A stretch of 64,000 bases of DNA, from the NCBI GenBank assembly GCA_036785375.1, contig JAWMAR010000245.1, forward strand, positions 372,001-436,000, in the 5' to 3' direction. Positions 1 through 12,463 of this stretch are shown here, one piece after another. Source of the stretch: Leucoraja ocellata. Taxonomy: Eukaryota. Position numbers and translations under genes: made by a program. The notes beneath the pieces are model-generated. The model was not told where the DNA came from, searched no databases, and saw only the letters and a program-made list of their open reading frames with translations. Every line of letters starts with the position of its first letter. Position 1 is the first letter of the stretch.

Positions 1-1619
1 GGACCTACACAGTGAATGGGAATGAGCCACTAGCAGAGGTAGTTGAGGCAGGTACGATCGCAATATTTAAGAAACATTTAGACAGGTACATGGATAGGAT
101 AGGTTTAGAGAGATATGGGCTAAACACAGGGAAGTGTAGACGGGACATGTTGGTCGGTGTGAGCAAGTTGGGCAAATGGGCCTGTTCTCACGCTACAAGA
201 CTCTTATGAATCTAAATGCTCACCAACTAAAAATCATTCAAAAGTAGGGAATGAAGGATCATATCTGGCCATTGCACTGAACCCAGTACTGATATAAGTA
301 CCCCTTCATTTTCAATTGAAACGGTTGGATTTTTGGCATAATTCAGAATATCATTCAAGCCAACATTCCACCAGGTCATGTAAGATATTCTGGCAGTTCA
401 GGAGACGGAAGGGCTTTAGACTTTACAGTGATGAACAACATCCATTAATAAAAGCTATAGGGGTAGAGAATTATTAGCATATGTCAATGCGCATTAAAGT
501 TGAAATAGCATTTGACTTTATAACCAGGGATAGTGCACTTGAACACAGAGGTAATTCGCAAATGATTGGATTGATGCTGCGTGAATGGGGAAAGAGGTCC
601 TGCCTGATGTGCTAAGAGTTAATGATTTTGGCAGACAGGGTTTTCAACAAGGTATTGCATGAAATCTCACACAAAAGACTGTCACGTTTGTAAAGTCCAT
701 GGAATGGAAGCAAATTGGTGACCAGGTTGGGGAGTTGGCTCAGTGCCAGGAGACAGAGTCGGGATAACTGGGCAAATAGCCAAGAATCTGTGTGTGGCAA
801 CAACTATTAAACATATTTGTAAAAGATGGAAGGGAACGTTATATATCCATGTCTGTTGATGAGAAACAATGGCCAATTGGACAGCATTTTCTTTTTTAAA
901 GGATTTAATTGCAACGAAATATTAGCAGATTGAGCAAATTGTCAAAACTGTAATCATGGTTTTCAGTGTGGACAATTGTGAAGTTATCAAGTTTGGATTA
1001 GGGCACTTTCTAACTGGTGAAAGGCTGATGGTGGAGATTTGGAATTTCATAAAGGCTTGTGTCCATTGTATTATGAGCATCATGGAAAAAACAGCAGTTC
1101 CGCATTGAAGTTGAGCTATAGCATTACAGTGTATTGGTTTTAGACCAAAGTTGGAATTTGTTAAGGGAGTTCTGGATACCACAGGTCCGGAGGAATGGCC
1201 ACACTTTTTTTTTTTAAGCAGATGAGGAGACGTCTTTGAAGGATGCTGGATGTTCTCATCACACCAGCTGCAAAGCCCTCCACAGTCAGAGCCGTGTTCA
1301 TCAGGGCTGCCCGTGGCATTGAATCTTCAAGATTCAATCAGTGCAGGAATTAGTGTAAAACAAATCACTGATGTCTTTTTTGGATAAACAACTGCAATTC
1401 AAAACTCTTGGCAATTATCAGCAGCATTAGAAAGCCGTTTCGTTTTGGGTATTTTGATACCCAAAGGAATTTTATGGTGCACAACACAATGGATGTGGCC
1501 CTCCATGCTGCAACATGCGACACCCAGACCCATATCTAGAGGTCATGCATTGGTGCTGAATTCTATAAGTTAGTGTTTATTATCAAGATGGAAGTAGTAG
1601 TCCCTATATTTGTTTTATC

Positions 1620-2470
1620 TAACAAGCCATTGCCTAATATTTGACCCTTGATGATGCAAAACTAGGTGAGATTGCAAGTACAGAAGAAGATATAAAGAGG
1701 CTTCAAGATATAGAGACAAGTCGAGTTAGGGAAGGTGGAATTATAATATGAGAAAATGCAAGGTTATTGGCTTAACTGCACAAAAGAACTGTGGTGATAT
1801 GTTAAGTGGTGATGTTCAGTCAGATCTAGCTGGGCTTGTATACTGAAAGCTAACATGCAGGTGCAACAAATAATTATGATGGCAAATGGTATATTGGCCT
1901 TTATTAAGAGTATTTGAAACCAGGAGGTCTTACTGAAATTGTGTGGGCCAGTTGAGATTGCCCTGAAGTGTACATTTTTGGTCACTTGCCATGGAGGAAG
2001 TGTAGCGGATATTCAATAGACTGGATCTGGGGATGGTGGGTTTAACTCTTGAGAGTGAGCAGACCAAATCTGTATTCTCTCAAATTTAGAAGACTCTTTG
2101 GAATTTATTAAATTCCTACAGGATCCAACAGGCTAGATACAGGGATTGGGGTGATTACCCCCCTGGCTGATGTGTGTAGAGCAAGGAACATGGTCTCAGA
2201 TTAAGATGGAACCTGTTTAGGACTGAGATGAGGAGAATTTTCCTCATACAATGGGTGGTGATTCTCTCAGATTAATCCTCTGGAGGGCTGTGGAGGCTCA
2301 GTCAATGAGTCATTCAAAACAAAGTTGGAATGAATATGACTGTCTTACTCTAATTAAGGGAATTAACGGATAAAGAGATAAAGGCTAGGCTGTGATCGTG
2401 ATGAATGGCAGAGCAGGCTCGGAGGACTGGATGACCTACTCTTGACCCTATTTCTTCCCTTATTATGTCT
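1620..2470 (+). mobile_element. Old degenerate CR1 fragment
   Basis: Remnants of DD.KLG, RRNF...VV..W and the CR1 3' UTR; many stops. Confidence 0.65.
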
Positions 2471-2754
2471 CAGGAAAATATCTGATTCATTCCTTGTGTC
2501 GGGTGCTATTTCAGGATGCTAACTATGTATAAATAAAATAAAATGCATGCATTTAAAGTAATTACAGGGCCCATTGTAGCAGTATTTCAGATTCTTCTGA
2601 AGGCATCCTGCAATATGTCTTTTTAAATGTTTCCGAGGTTTGTCATTCTGCACGTCGACAGATTCTTCTCAAAGGAGGTTTCCTTTGCACCGAAACAGCA
2701 TTAAGAACTTTGATAAGAGAAATGGGAAGAGAATTGACTGGAGAATAAAATGTT

Positions 2755-2986
2755 GAAACAAGGAACTGCAGATGCTGGTTTACAAAGAAGGACACAAAGT
2801 GCTGGAGTAACTTGGCAGGTCAGGCAGCAAAACATGGATAGGTGATGTTTTGGGTTTGGGAACCTTCTTCAGAGAATAGAATGTAAGAAGTTCTGTCACC
2901 TCTCCGTTGACCCAAACCAAATCGTCACCCATCCAAGTTCTCCACAGATGCTGCCTGACCTGCTGAGTTACTCCAGCACTTTGTGA
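2755..2986. mobile_element. Diverged PLE-derived fold-back element
   Basis: Arms CACAAAGTGCTGGAGTAAC...GGTCAGGCAGCA / TGCTGCCTGACC...GTTACTCCAGCACTTTGTG, with tail GGAACTGCAGATGCTGG on the left. Confidence 0.8.
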
Positions 2987-3437
2987 CTTTTCATTAATAA
3001 ATCCTGTTCCTGGTTCTAAGAGCCATCTAGCCACTTCTCATACAAAAATGCTCTCTCTTAACGCAACAATTTGGCTACTTATTTATAGTCTACATATTGC
3101 CACGTCCTCCATCAATATGCCATCACCTTAATTCCATTAATTCTTCTAAGAAGTGCTTTAATGTCATTTTCGCACCGACTGATAACGTGTCTGAATACTA
3201 TTGGATAAACATTCTCCGGAGAAAGCTCCAGCTCTATCACATATTTTAAGTTCCACAATAATTCTATTTTGTGACAATATATGATTTATATTGCTTGTTA
3301 ATGATTGGAGAATGATTTCAGGATTAGCTTTTGGCCGAGACATCAGCAGAATTCCTTCATTCTTTGTGGGATGTTGAGAGATTGAAAGGCATTGGTGTGC
3401 TGAGGGACTTCACTGCTCTTCCACACACACATCATAG

Positions 3438-3748
3438 GGACGGCACAGTGGCGCAGCTGGTAGAGCTGCTGCCTCACAGCGCCAGAGACCCAGGTTCGAT
3501 CCTGATCTTGGGTGCTGTCTGTGTGGAGTTTGCATGTTCTCTCTGTGACCATGTGGGTTTTCTTTGGCTGCTCGGGTTCCTCCCACATCCCAAAAGCATG
3601 TGGGTTTGTAGGGTAATTAGCATCTGCACAGTTGCCCCCAAATGTGCAGGGATGGATGAGAAAGTGGGAGAACATAGAACCAGTTTGAACAGGTGATGAT
3701 CAATGGTCGGTGTGGACTCTGAGTGTCTATTTACACGCTGCGTCTCCA
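3438..3748 (+). mobile_element. tRNA-derived V-SINE (HE1-like)
   Basis: Pol III A box (GTGGCGCAGCTGG) and B box (GGTTCGATCC), then V-domain GTCTGTGTGGAGTTTGCATGTTCTC...GGTTCCTCCCAC. Confidence 0.85.
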
Positions 3749-3870
3749 ATTGACACACGATCACTAATATTCCCAATGGAGCTGCAGATGCCTGTTTAAA
3801 CCAAAGATAGACACAAAAATAACTCAGTGGGTCAGGCAGTATCTCTGGAGAAAAATAATGTGACGAATTT

Positions 3871-3903
3871 GTCTGAAGAAGGGTCTCGACCTGAAACGTC
3901 ACC
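3871..3903 (+). ncRNA. Minimal type I hammerhead ribozyme motif within PLE-derived element 3778-3922
   Basis: gt-CTGAAGA-AGGGTCTCGACCT-GAAACGTC-ac. Confidence 0.65.
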
Positions 3904-4399
3904 TATTCCTATTCCCCAGAGAATAAAAGATCAGCTGTAGCACTGAATGGCAGAATGACCTCGTTCTGCCTCTGCTTCTCCTGATTTGCCTCTTGCCTCT
4001 TTATTTTTCTTGCAAGATTGAGCTGCTATCCTGTTTGCACAATTACTTCATACGATCCGATATTTCCTGAGTCCTTGGATGATTGACGCTGCTTCAAGGG
4101 TTTGTTTTACTGTGGATTATTTCCGTCAGATTTGAATCTACTGCCATCAGAGTTTAGGTCAGGAATTGTTTTGTCTTTATAACTACAAGACAATTTTCAC
4201 CACAGAGTTGTTCCAACTTTATGACGATGCTGTGCATTGATCCAAATAATAAAATGTGAAACATAAAAAAGTCTTACCACGGCACGCCACGTGTGAATGG
4301 CCAACGTTTTACACAAACAGAGTTACAATTAAAATTGTCTCATCATGGCAGCATTCTGAATTTAAATAATGAAAATAAATTTGCTGATACAATGAAGGT

Positions 4400-4652
4400 G
4401 ATCTGTGGAATTCTCTGGAGTCTGTGAAATGTCTCAGAGAGTGGCGAGTGTGGAATTCTCTGCCTCTGAAGGCAGGTTCTCTGGATGCTTTCAAGAGAGA
4501 GCTAGATAGGGCTCTTAAAAATAGCGGAGTCAGGGGATATGGGGAGAAGGCAGGAACGGGGTACTGATTGGGGATGACCACCCATGATCACATTGAATGG
4601 CGGTGCTGGCTCGAAGGGCCGAATGGCCTACTCCTGCACCTATTGTCTATTG
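4400..4652 (+). mobile_element. CR1 3' fragment
   Basis: Matches 9640-9860, including the CTATTGT tail. Confidence 0.85.
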
Positions 4653-5039
4653 TGAGATAATCCACAGTTTTGACTATAAAAACTAGTTTTGTGTAAGAGG
4701 TATTGAACATGAGGCTAAAATTAATATTTGAGAATAGGTTATTTATGAGAACCAGCAATGGATCCTTTCGCAGCTCTATTGAGATACACATCTGTGCTTT
4801 CAAAATATGGCAGACTGTTTCAGAGTTAGTTTAATTGAAACGTGTAATAAAATTCTAATTTAAGATGTGGCAAAAAAATTTTTTTTTTGTATCTCATGGC
4901 AAATTAAAAAATAATCCTCTGAGATTTCATTCAAAGTGATGTACTGAGGTGTGCTGCTTCAGCTAACAATTCTAACATGACATGATAAAAGCACACCATT
5001 GTTTAGCATTAAATGTAACGTTGAAACTGCAGTGCCTTA

Positions 5040-5406
5040 TAAAGAGAGAGCGAGAGGGGGAGAAAGAGCTGGAGAGAGAGGGGGAGTGAGAGAGGGGAGA
5101 GAGAGGAGAGAGAGCGGAGTGGAAACTGCGGTGGAGCCGCGGGACTGACTACCATCGCCCGGTGTGGTAACAACATATCGCCTCAGCGCAGAGGGAGAAT
5201 GAGGAGGGAAGAGACAGCAACATTAAGACTTTTGCCTCCATCACAGTGAGGAGGTGCCTGGTGAACTCACTGTGGTGGATGTTAATTTGTGTTTATTGTG
5301 TGTTTTGTTGTTTATTATTACATGTATGGCTGCAGGCAACGACATTTCGTTCAGACCTTTCGGTCTGAATGACAAATAAAGGATCTAATCTAATCTAATC
5401 TAATCT
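5040..5406 (+). mobile_element. Unclassified non-autonomous retroposon with (TCTAA)n tail
   Basis: GA-rich head, GC-rich body, GACAAATAAAGG followed by (TCTAA)4; partial similarity to 12630-12895. Confidence 0.55.
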
Positions 5407-5921
5407 GATCTTTTCAATGCAATGTGTAAACATGAATTTAAGAATTTACAGTCATCTTAAAGGATGTATATTTTGAAGAACTCGGTGCAAACAAGCTGAT
5501 ATGCATGCAAACATAAGGCGGCAGTAAGTTGAATTGAACCAACTAATTAGTACAATGGGCTGAATTTACTGGGAAGTACTGGCAGTTCTATACTGAAATG
5601 ACAGGAAGTCAGGATTGAAGTGGTGGTGAACTTGCTGGCTGCCCTTTGCATGGGATTTACTGCCTGTGTTCCAACATTAAGATCGCCACACAGTGCAGTG
5701 CTAAAATGCAAATCCGCTGCAGTTCCTCATTACCGACGCTGGGAAACCTGCCCAATGAACCTTAACACAGCAAAAGTCCATTTATTTTGATAGGGAGGAA
5801 CAGCTGCAAAGAATATTTTTTTGTTTGTGAATTTTAATTGTGTTTTGCAGAGCTGTGCACAAATTCTACATCTGCTCCTTGATATGCTACAAGATTACAA
5901 GGCAGCATTCCATTAGCTTTT

Positions 5922-6192
5922 AAGAAAGAAGTGCAGATGCTGGAAAATTGAAGGTACACAAAAATGCTGGAGAAACTCAGCGGGTGCAGCAGCATCTATG
6001 GAGCGAAGGAAATAGGCAACGTTTCGGGCCGAAACCCGGAAGGGTTTCGGCCCGAAACGTTGCCTATTTCCTTCAGGGTTTCGGCCCGAAACGTTGCCTA
6101 TTTCCTTCAGGGTTTCGGGCCGAAACGTTGCCTATTTCCTTCGCTCCATAGATGCTGCTGCACCCGCTGAGTTTCTCCAGCATTTTTGTGCA
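5922..6192. mobile_element. PLE-derived fold-back element with internal 3 x 34-bp tandem repeat
   Basis: Near-perfect inverted arms. TSD CAT[T/C]CCATTAGCTTTT at 5906-5921 and 6193-6208. Confidence 0.9.
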
Positions 6193-8249
6193 CATCCCAT
6201 TAGCTTTTTCTGATTTATTTTCAGGCGTGCTAATAATTGCTCCACGTAGACCCACTACATTTCTCAGGCCTTCCATTGCTTCTCGGTTTTCAACATTTGC
6301 AAGAAACTCAGTTCTACCCTTTAGAGTCAGTCACACCAGTCTAAATGTGCTGCAGTTTTGTCCATTTGCTTAAATCAATTGGTGTAATTGAATGCTTCTG
6401 CCTTCATTTCATACCATGCTGCCTATCTTTCTTTGACAGTGGTGCCTGGAACTGTGCATCAATCTTATTCCCTTCTTTCCCATCCACCTGATCTTTCCAC
6501 ACCAGGACTGATTTTTTTTTCTTTTTTTTTTTTTGCTCTAATTCCCCCCTTTTTGGTCTTTTCCAAAAGATTCGGACTCCATTTAGAAAGAAAGGTGATG
6601 ACTAACTTTGGTTTAATTTATTTTGGTTTGCCGACACCAACATCTTGTTGCTAAAAGGTGGATATGCAACTCAGGGCTCCTTTTCCCCTCTCTTCCTTTG
6701 GTTAAAAACTTGACCTTGGGAATTTTAATTCTACATATTGATGCAATGAAGAGCCTGTATCCAACCAAGCAGTGACGTTTTGGTATTATATGCCTGAGTG
6801 AATTACGGCAATTTACCATATTAAAAAAACTGGAAAACAGCAGAAAAATATTTAATCTTTTTAATCTTTTAATTAAAACAGAATAATAATATGGAAAGAG
6901 GAGTTGATGTATGACTGAAGGAATGGTGTGGGCCAAATGGCCTCAGAATCCCAAGACATTGGAAGATGCCCTGAGGTATGAGGGATTTATGCAATAATAG
7001 TTTGCATCAACATTGAGACTATTGACCTTGCAGTGTGCTTAAAGAAAGTGAGAGCGTATTGGGCACAATATATCTGTATTCAATTTATTCAAGAAAGACG
7101 AAAAGGACTAATTTCCCCTTCCACAGATGCCTCCTGAACTGCTGAGTGTTTCCAACATCTTCTGTTTTTATTTCACGAAAGAGGATGCTGCTGATGCTTT
7201 AGTAAACAGTCAAGCTATAAGGTAATTGAGTTGGCTAAAGGTGGAGGAAAAGGATCAGGGTAGTTTAAGTTCTGAAATCGAGGCAGTCCAGTCTCATAAG
7301 GTCGGACGTGGATCAGGATTGGCAACAAACAGTGAATGATCAAAGGGAGGCCTTGAAAGAGGAGATCGACGGAGTACAGATTGGAGACATTCTCATAGGA
7401 GAGAGATGGACTTTGACAGAGATCAATGGAAAGAAAGCTTGATGGCAAATTCCAGTTGTGACCTAGTAGAAATCCAAGTTAAATATAAAATAATCCAGGA
7501 AAATATAGAACAAGACATTCATGAATGAATCAATAACACAATGTGGAGAAGGGGGGGGGGACAATTGGGGATCGGGGTGGTCAGACCTGAACACAAAGTT
7601 GCGAGTGATCTTTATATGGAAGCCCCTTCCAGCATGTTATTTTTAAAAATAGTTTTGCCTGGAGAGTGACTACATACCATCGACTTAGTTACTCCCAGGG
7701 CAATGCGATTCCATTTTCTACTTGGGAGTGTAGAATGAAGTTACATAGCCAAGGAGTTAGACAACCGATGAACCGGCCAAATGTCCAGAACAATGTTAAA
7801 CATGACTGTGGCTACCTCCGTGCAATTTATTGATCCCTATTGGATCTCAATGAGCTTGATAAATGCATCGCGGGCTCCAATACCTTCACCTGTACTGTGC
7901 CAGCAGAGGGCAGGGCTGTGGTATTGTACAAGCACGTTGCATCTACCTTCACGGGAAAGGAAAATGAAAATAATAAAACTGTAGATACTGGAAATCTGAC
8001 ACAAAAACAAAGTACTAGAAACACTCAGCAGGACTTTGGAGCTCCAACCTGAAACGTTAACCCTGTTTTCCCCTTCCACAGATGCCCATGAACTGCTGAG
8101 TATTGCCAACAATTTATGTTTTTATTTCACTGATGACGATGCTGTTGATGCACTGGTAAACAATGAAACTGTAAGGTCATAGAAGTGGGTAAAAATAGAT
8201 CATGTCACAGTACAACGATAGGTTTGGCAGAGTCCAAAGTATATAGGCA

Positions 8250-8307
8250 CGCACACAGAGACACAGACACAGACACAGACACAGACACAGACACAGACAC
8301 AGACACA

Positions 8308-8344
<37 letters not shown>
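8250..8344. repeat. Compound microsatellite (GACACA)n(CA)n
   Basis: Directly visible. Confidence 0.95.
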
Positions 8345-8346
<2 letters not shown>

Positions 8347-9424
8347 TAAACATCAGTATGATGCCAAAAGGTTAGGGGGCTGTAAATGCAAATGCTGCAC
8401 AAGGTGAAAAGCGCAAAAGACAATAAACAACAACTGAAGGCCAGTCATCCAAAAATCAATGGAGGGGGAACCTTCCATGGATTCGAACATGTTACAAAAT
8501 GAATAGATATTTGGTAAAATTTAGCTGAACAATTGGAAAGCTGGTATGGATCTACTAAAGGTGGATGGTAACTGACTGCCTTGTTTGAGTTATTTGAATG
8601 AAAGGAGTACATTAATGGGAGATTGGGTAATGTGTGGCTATATGTGTGCAATATATTTCTGAGCCAAGTGATGATACTTCCAAGCAGCTTCTAGCTGGTA
8701 GAGGTCATGTGTTTGGAAGATTTCGCACACTTCCAGATCTCTCTCAACGTGAAACACCGTTAAAATTGTGCTATTTCGTTTCTCTTCATTCGCCCTTCAG
8801 TTCTATGTTAAGATTTACTAGCCTTTTGTGAGTGGTGCAGGCTGCAGCCAGTGCTGGAAGGATTGGATGCTGAGGGGTGACAATTGCTCAGGCTGCTTTG
8901 CCCCTGGATGGTGGAAAGGCTTTGGGGCATCAGGAGGTGAGTCACAATGAAGGGTGCCGGGTACAATGGAAAAGCAGGGAGAAAGAAGACCGCAGACTTC
9001 ATATGGCATTGTTGTCTCCACATCAGTGAAAAAAAAATATTTTTATTGGATTCATTTACCTAATGGCCCAAACAAAAAGTAATTGCATTTACTGATAAGA
9101 TTATTTCCTACCTTTCTGGGTCAAATGAGTATGAATTCATCTCCCAGAGGAGATGGGGAAATGATCTAACACCCTGCGACATTCGGCTGCTCATGGAAGA
9201 GTAAAGAATTAATTTAATCTTAATGGGCAATGGTAAAATACCCAATACCCAAAGGTAAAATAGCAGTGTGCCAACAGACTGTGGCAAATGATATTCAGCA
9301 AAAAGCAAATAGCTTTATTTTGTCTGTATAGAGTGACTGTATCACATGCCCCAGAGAATGAAATAAACATTTGAATTTTGTGCCAACCAGGTCCATTACA
9401 GTGAAGAAAATCTTCTTTAATTTA

Positions 9425-9862
9425 TCTGGATAGACTCGGCTTGTACGCGCTAGAATTTAGAAGATTGAGGGGGGATCTTATAGAAACTTACAAAATTCTT
9501 AAGTGGTTGGACAGGCTAGATGCAGGAAGATTGTTCCCGATGTTGGGGAAGTCCAGAACAAGGGGTCACAGTTTAAGGATAAGGGGGAAATCTTTTAGGA
9601 CTGAGATGAGGAAAACATTTTTCACACAGAGGGTGGTGAATCTGTGGACTTCTCTGCCACAGAGGGTAGTTGAGGCCAGTTCATTGGCTATATTTAAGAG
9701 TGAGTTAGATTTGGCCCTTGTGGCTAAAGGGATCAGGGGGTATGGAGAGAAGGCAGGTACAGGATACTGAGTTGGATGATCAGCCATGATCATATTGAAT
9801 GGCGGTGCAGGCTCGAAGGGCCGAATGGCCTCTACTCCTGCACCTATTGTCTATGTTTCTAT
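9425..9862 (+). mobile_element. CR1 (HER1-like) LINE 3' end, young
   Basis: LEFRRLRGDLIETYKIL...RTRGHSLRI...FFTQRVVNLW; 3' UTR GGCTCGAAGGGCCGAATGGCC and CTATGTTTCTAT tail. Confidence 0.92.
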
Positions 9863-10269
9863 CTCACTTGAATTCAAAAATATATCTAGTGTTGGGGAGA
9901 AAAACTAAAAAAACTAGACCAGCCAATTAACATACCAACAGCCAAGCTTGTCTGCTTTCCTAGCTGGGCTGGAATAGAATGGAGGAACCAAAAGGCAATA
10001 ACTAATATGCTGGATTTGTGCTATAGTGTGGTATTAAAATATTATGCCGAGCCTACCAGAACATCCAAGATGTACAGTGGATTGTCAAGCACTCATTGCA
10101 AAAGTTACAATGGATCAATGATGTTGCAGCAACAATTGTTCTTTACCTTGCTTTATTTTATTACCGACCTTTTTCCTTTTGATCCAGTTTTCTTTGCATT
10201 GTGTATAGTTCTGATTGAAAGTTCACATTGTAAAACAACTGAAGGAATACTTTTCATAAGATTACAAGA

Positions 10270-11095
10270 CATAGGAGCAGAAGTAGGCCATTCGGCCCAC
10301 CGTGGCTGATCAATTTTTCTTTCAACCCCATTCTTCTGCCTTCTCCCTGTAACCTTTGACACCCTTGCTAGTCGAGAACTCTCAATCTCCGCGTTAAAAA
10401 TACCCAATGACCACATCCACAACCGTCCGTAGCATCTGGCTAAAGAAATTCCTCCTCATCTCCATTCTGGGGCTGTGCCGACTTCTCCTACTCTCCCAAT
10501 ACTGACAACATCTTCTCCACATCCACTCTATCTAGGCCAGTGGTTCTTAACCTTTTTGGCACCAGTATGTGCGTACGTGGACAAAATACTGTATGTGGCT
10601 GTACCTTTGTTAGGTTCCTAAACATGGGCTCAACAAATTGATATGTTATTGTGTCCCTTTCATGACCCCCAGCAAAGCCCCAAACGACCTCCAGGTTAAG
10701 AACCACTGATTTAGGCCTTTCATTATTTGGCAGGTTTTAATGAACTCCCCCACCCATCCTTCTAACTCCAGCGAGTACAAGCCCAGGGCCATGAAATGTT
10801 CTGCATACATTAACCCAATCATCCCTGGGACCATTCTCATAAACCTTCTTTGAACTCTCAACAATGGCAGAACATTCCTCCTCAGATATGGGTGACAAAA
10901 CTGCTCACAATACTCCAAGTGCAGTCCAACCAGCACCTTCTAAAGAGCCTCAGCATTACATCCTTTCATATTCTGGTCCTTTCAAAATGAATGCTAGTTA
11001 CTACCGACTCAACCTGCAAATTAACCTCCTGGGAACTGTGCACCAGCACTCCCTGGTCCCTTTGCAACTCCAATTTCTGAATCCTCTCCCCATTT
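10270..11095 (-). mobile_element. CR1 fragment (contains the hAT MITE)
   Basis: HLEYCEQF..P...RVQRRF.RM.PG...LGLYSLE on the minus strand; CR1 3' UTR at 10270-10320. Confidence 0.8.
10538..10708. mobile_element. hAT (Charlie-like) non-autonomous DNA transposon nested in a CR1 fragment
   Basis: Perfect 16-bp TIRs CAGTGGTTCTTAACCT / AGGTTAAGAACCACTG; 8-bp TSD ATCTAGGC / ATTTAGGC. Confidence 0.9.
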
Positions 11096-11379
11096 AGAAA
11101 ATTACTCTTTTTTTTCCAAGGTCAATGATGACAAAGGCAGAAAAGCAGAAAGGAGTAAAGCATTTTGAAAAGAAAATTGTTCATTTCATTACAATAATTT
11201 GTGAGCACAATACTTTATCTAACGTCTAAACAAAGTGATGACCGACCCTGCCCAGATACTGCATCGTTTGCATTCACATTCTTGCTACCTTCACTTGTAC
11301 CTTTTCAAATTATGAGATCAATGCCCTTCATCTGAGGACTTATTGTAGATTGTTGCACAAAAATCAAGATAACTGCACC

Positions 11380-11676
11380 CGTGTTCAATCCTGGCCGTGG
11401 ACGCTGTCTGTGTGGAGTTTGCACACTCTCTCTGTGACGATGAAGGTTTCGTGCAGGCGCTTCAGTTTCCTGCCATATCTCAAAGGTTGGCGGGTTGCTG
11501 GGTTAAATGGCCACTGAAAATTACCCCAAATGTGTCGGTGAATGGTAAAACAGCGGTGAGTCGGAAGGGAATGTGAGGAGATTTTAAAAAATAAAATAGG
11601 ATTAAGGTAAATGGATGTTGATGGTTAGTCCAGACTCGGAGCGATGAGTGGCCCATTTCCACGTTGTATATCTCCA
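11380..11676 (+). mobile_element. Degenerate V-SINE
   Basis: B-box remnant and V-domain. Confidence 0.7.
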
Positions 11677-11839
11677 TAATTTTACATTGACAGAGGGACA
11701 TTGAAACACTTCACATCAGTAAAATATTTAGCTGAAATGTAATGATTGCGTGTTATACAGATAATTAAATCAGTGACTGTATCTAACGAATGTACCATTA
11801 TTGACACTGCATCTGATAAAATAATAGTCACATGAAACA

Positions 11840-12032
11840 GAAGGTAGACAAATGCTGGAGAAACTCAGCGGGCGAGGCAGCATCTACGGAGCGAAGGAAT
11901 AGGTGACGTTTCGGATCGAGACCCAAAACGTCGCATATTCTTTCGCTCCTTAGATGCTGCCTCACCCGCTGAGTTTCTCCAGCATTTTTATCTACCTTCG
12001 ATTTTTCCAGCATCTGCAGTTCTTTCTTAAAG
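11840..12032. mobile_element. PLE-derived fold-back element
   Basis: Inverted arms, tail on the right. TSD GTCACATGAAACA at 11827-11839 and 12033-12045. Confidence 0.9.
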
Positions 12033-12293
12033 GTCACATGAAACATGTTTCTCTATCTTATCTGGAATATACAACTGCAGCTTGACTTAATTGGTAGCAC
12101 TTTCAAGAGTTCAAATTCCAGTCCAGGGTTTTGCCACATGGTTTAACTGATAAATCAGTACATTTATTGAAACCCATAATGCAGCCGAACAAATGGATTA
12201 AAAATGAAAAGGAATTTTGACCAATTTTGATCGGAAAAATGAAAGGATATTAACGTACAAAGTGAGTACATTCAACTTGGGGGGGGGGGAAAA

Positions 12294-12463
12294 AGGCACA
12301 TAGTTCTTGGGTATCTCAGCGAGTTGGGCAGTATCTCTGGAGAACATGGATTGGCAATGTTTCACGTCGAGACCCTTCCCCACAGATGCTGCCTGACCCG
12401 CTTAGTTACTCCAGCACTTTACGTAATTTATTGTAAACCAGCATCTGCAGTTCCTCGTTTCTA
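12294..12463. mobile_element. Diverged PLE-derived fold-back element
   Basis: GTCGAGACCCTT centre; right arm ends CCAGCATCTGCAGTTCCTCG. Confidence 0.75.

Noticed and set aside
3438-3505. tRNA-like sequence (also at 58509 and 63280)
   Set aside because: These are SINE heads followed by the V-domain, not complete cloverleaf tRNA genes.
6041-6142. 34-bp repeats resembling a CRISPR array
   Set aside because: Units abut with no unique spacers, there are no cas genes, and the context is eukaryotic.
5948-6276. Recurrent ORFs such as MLEKLSGCSSIYGAKEIGNVS (also at 54.5, 56.3 and 63.6 kb) resembling a small gene family
   Set aside because: They are translations of the palindromic PLE repeat on both strands, with no consistent start, stop or gene structure.
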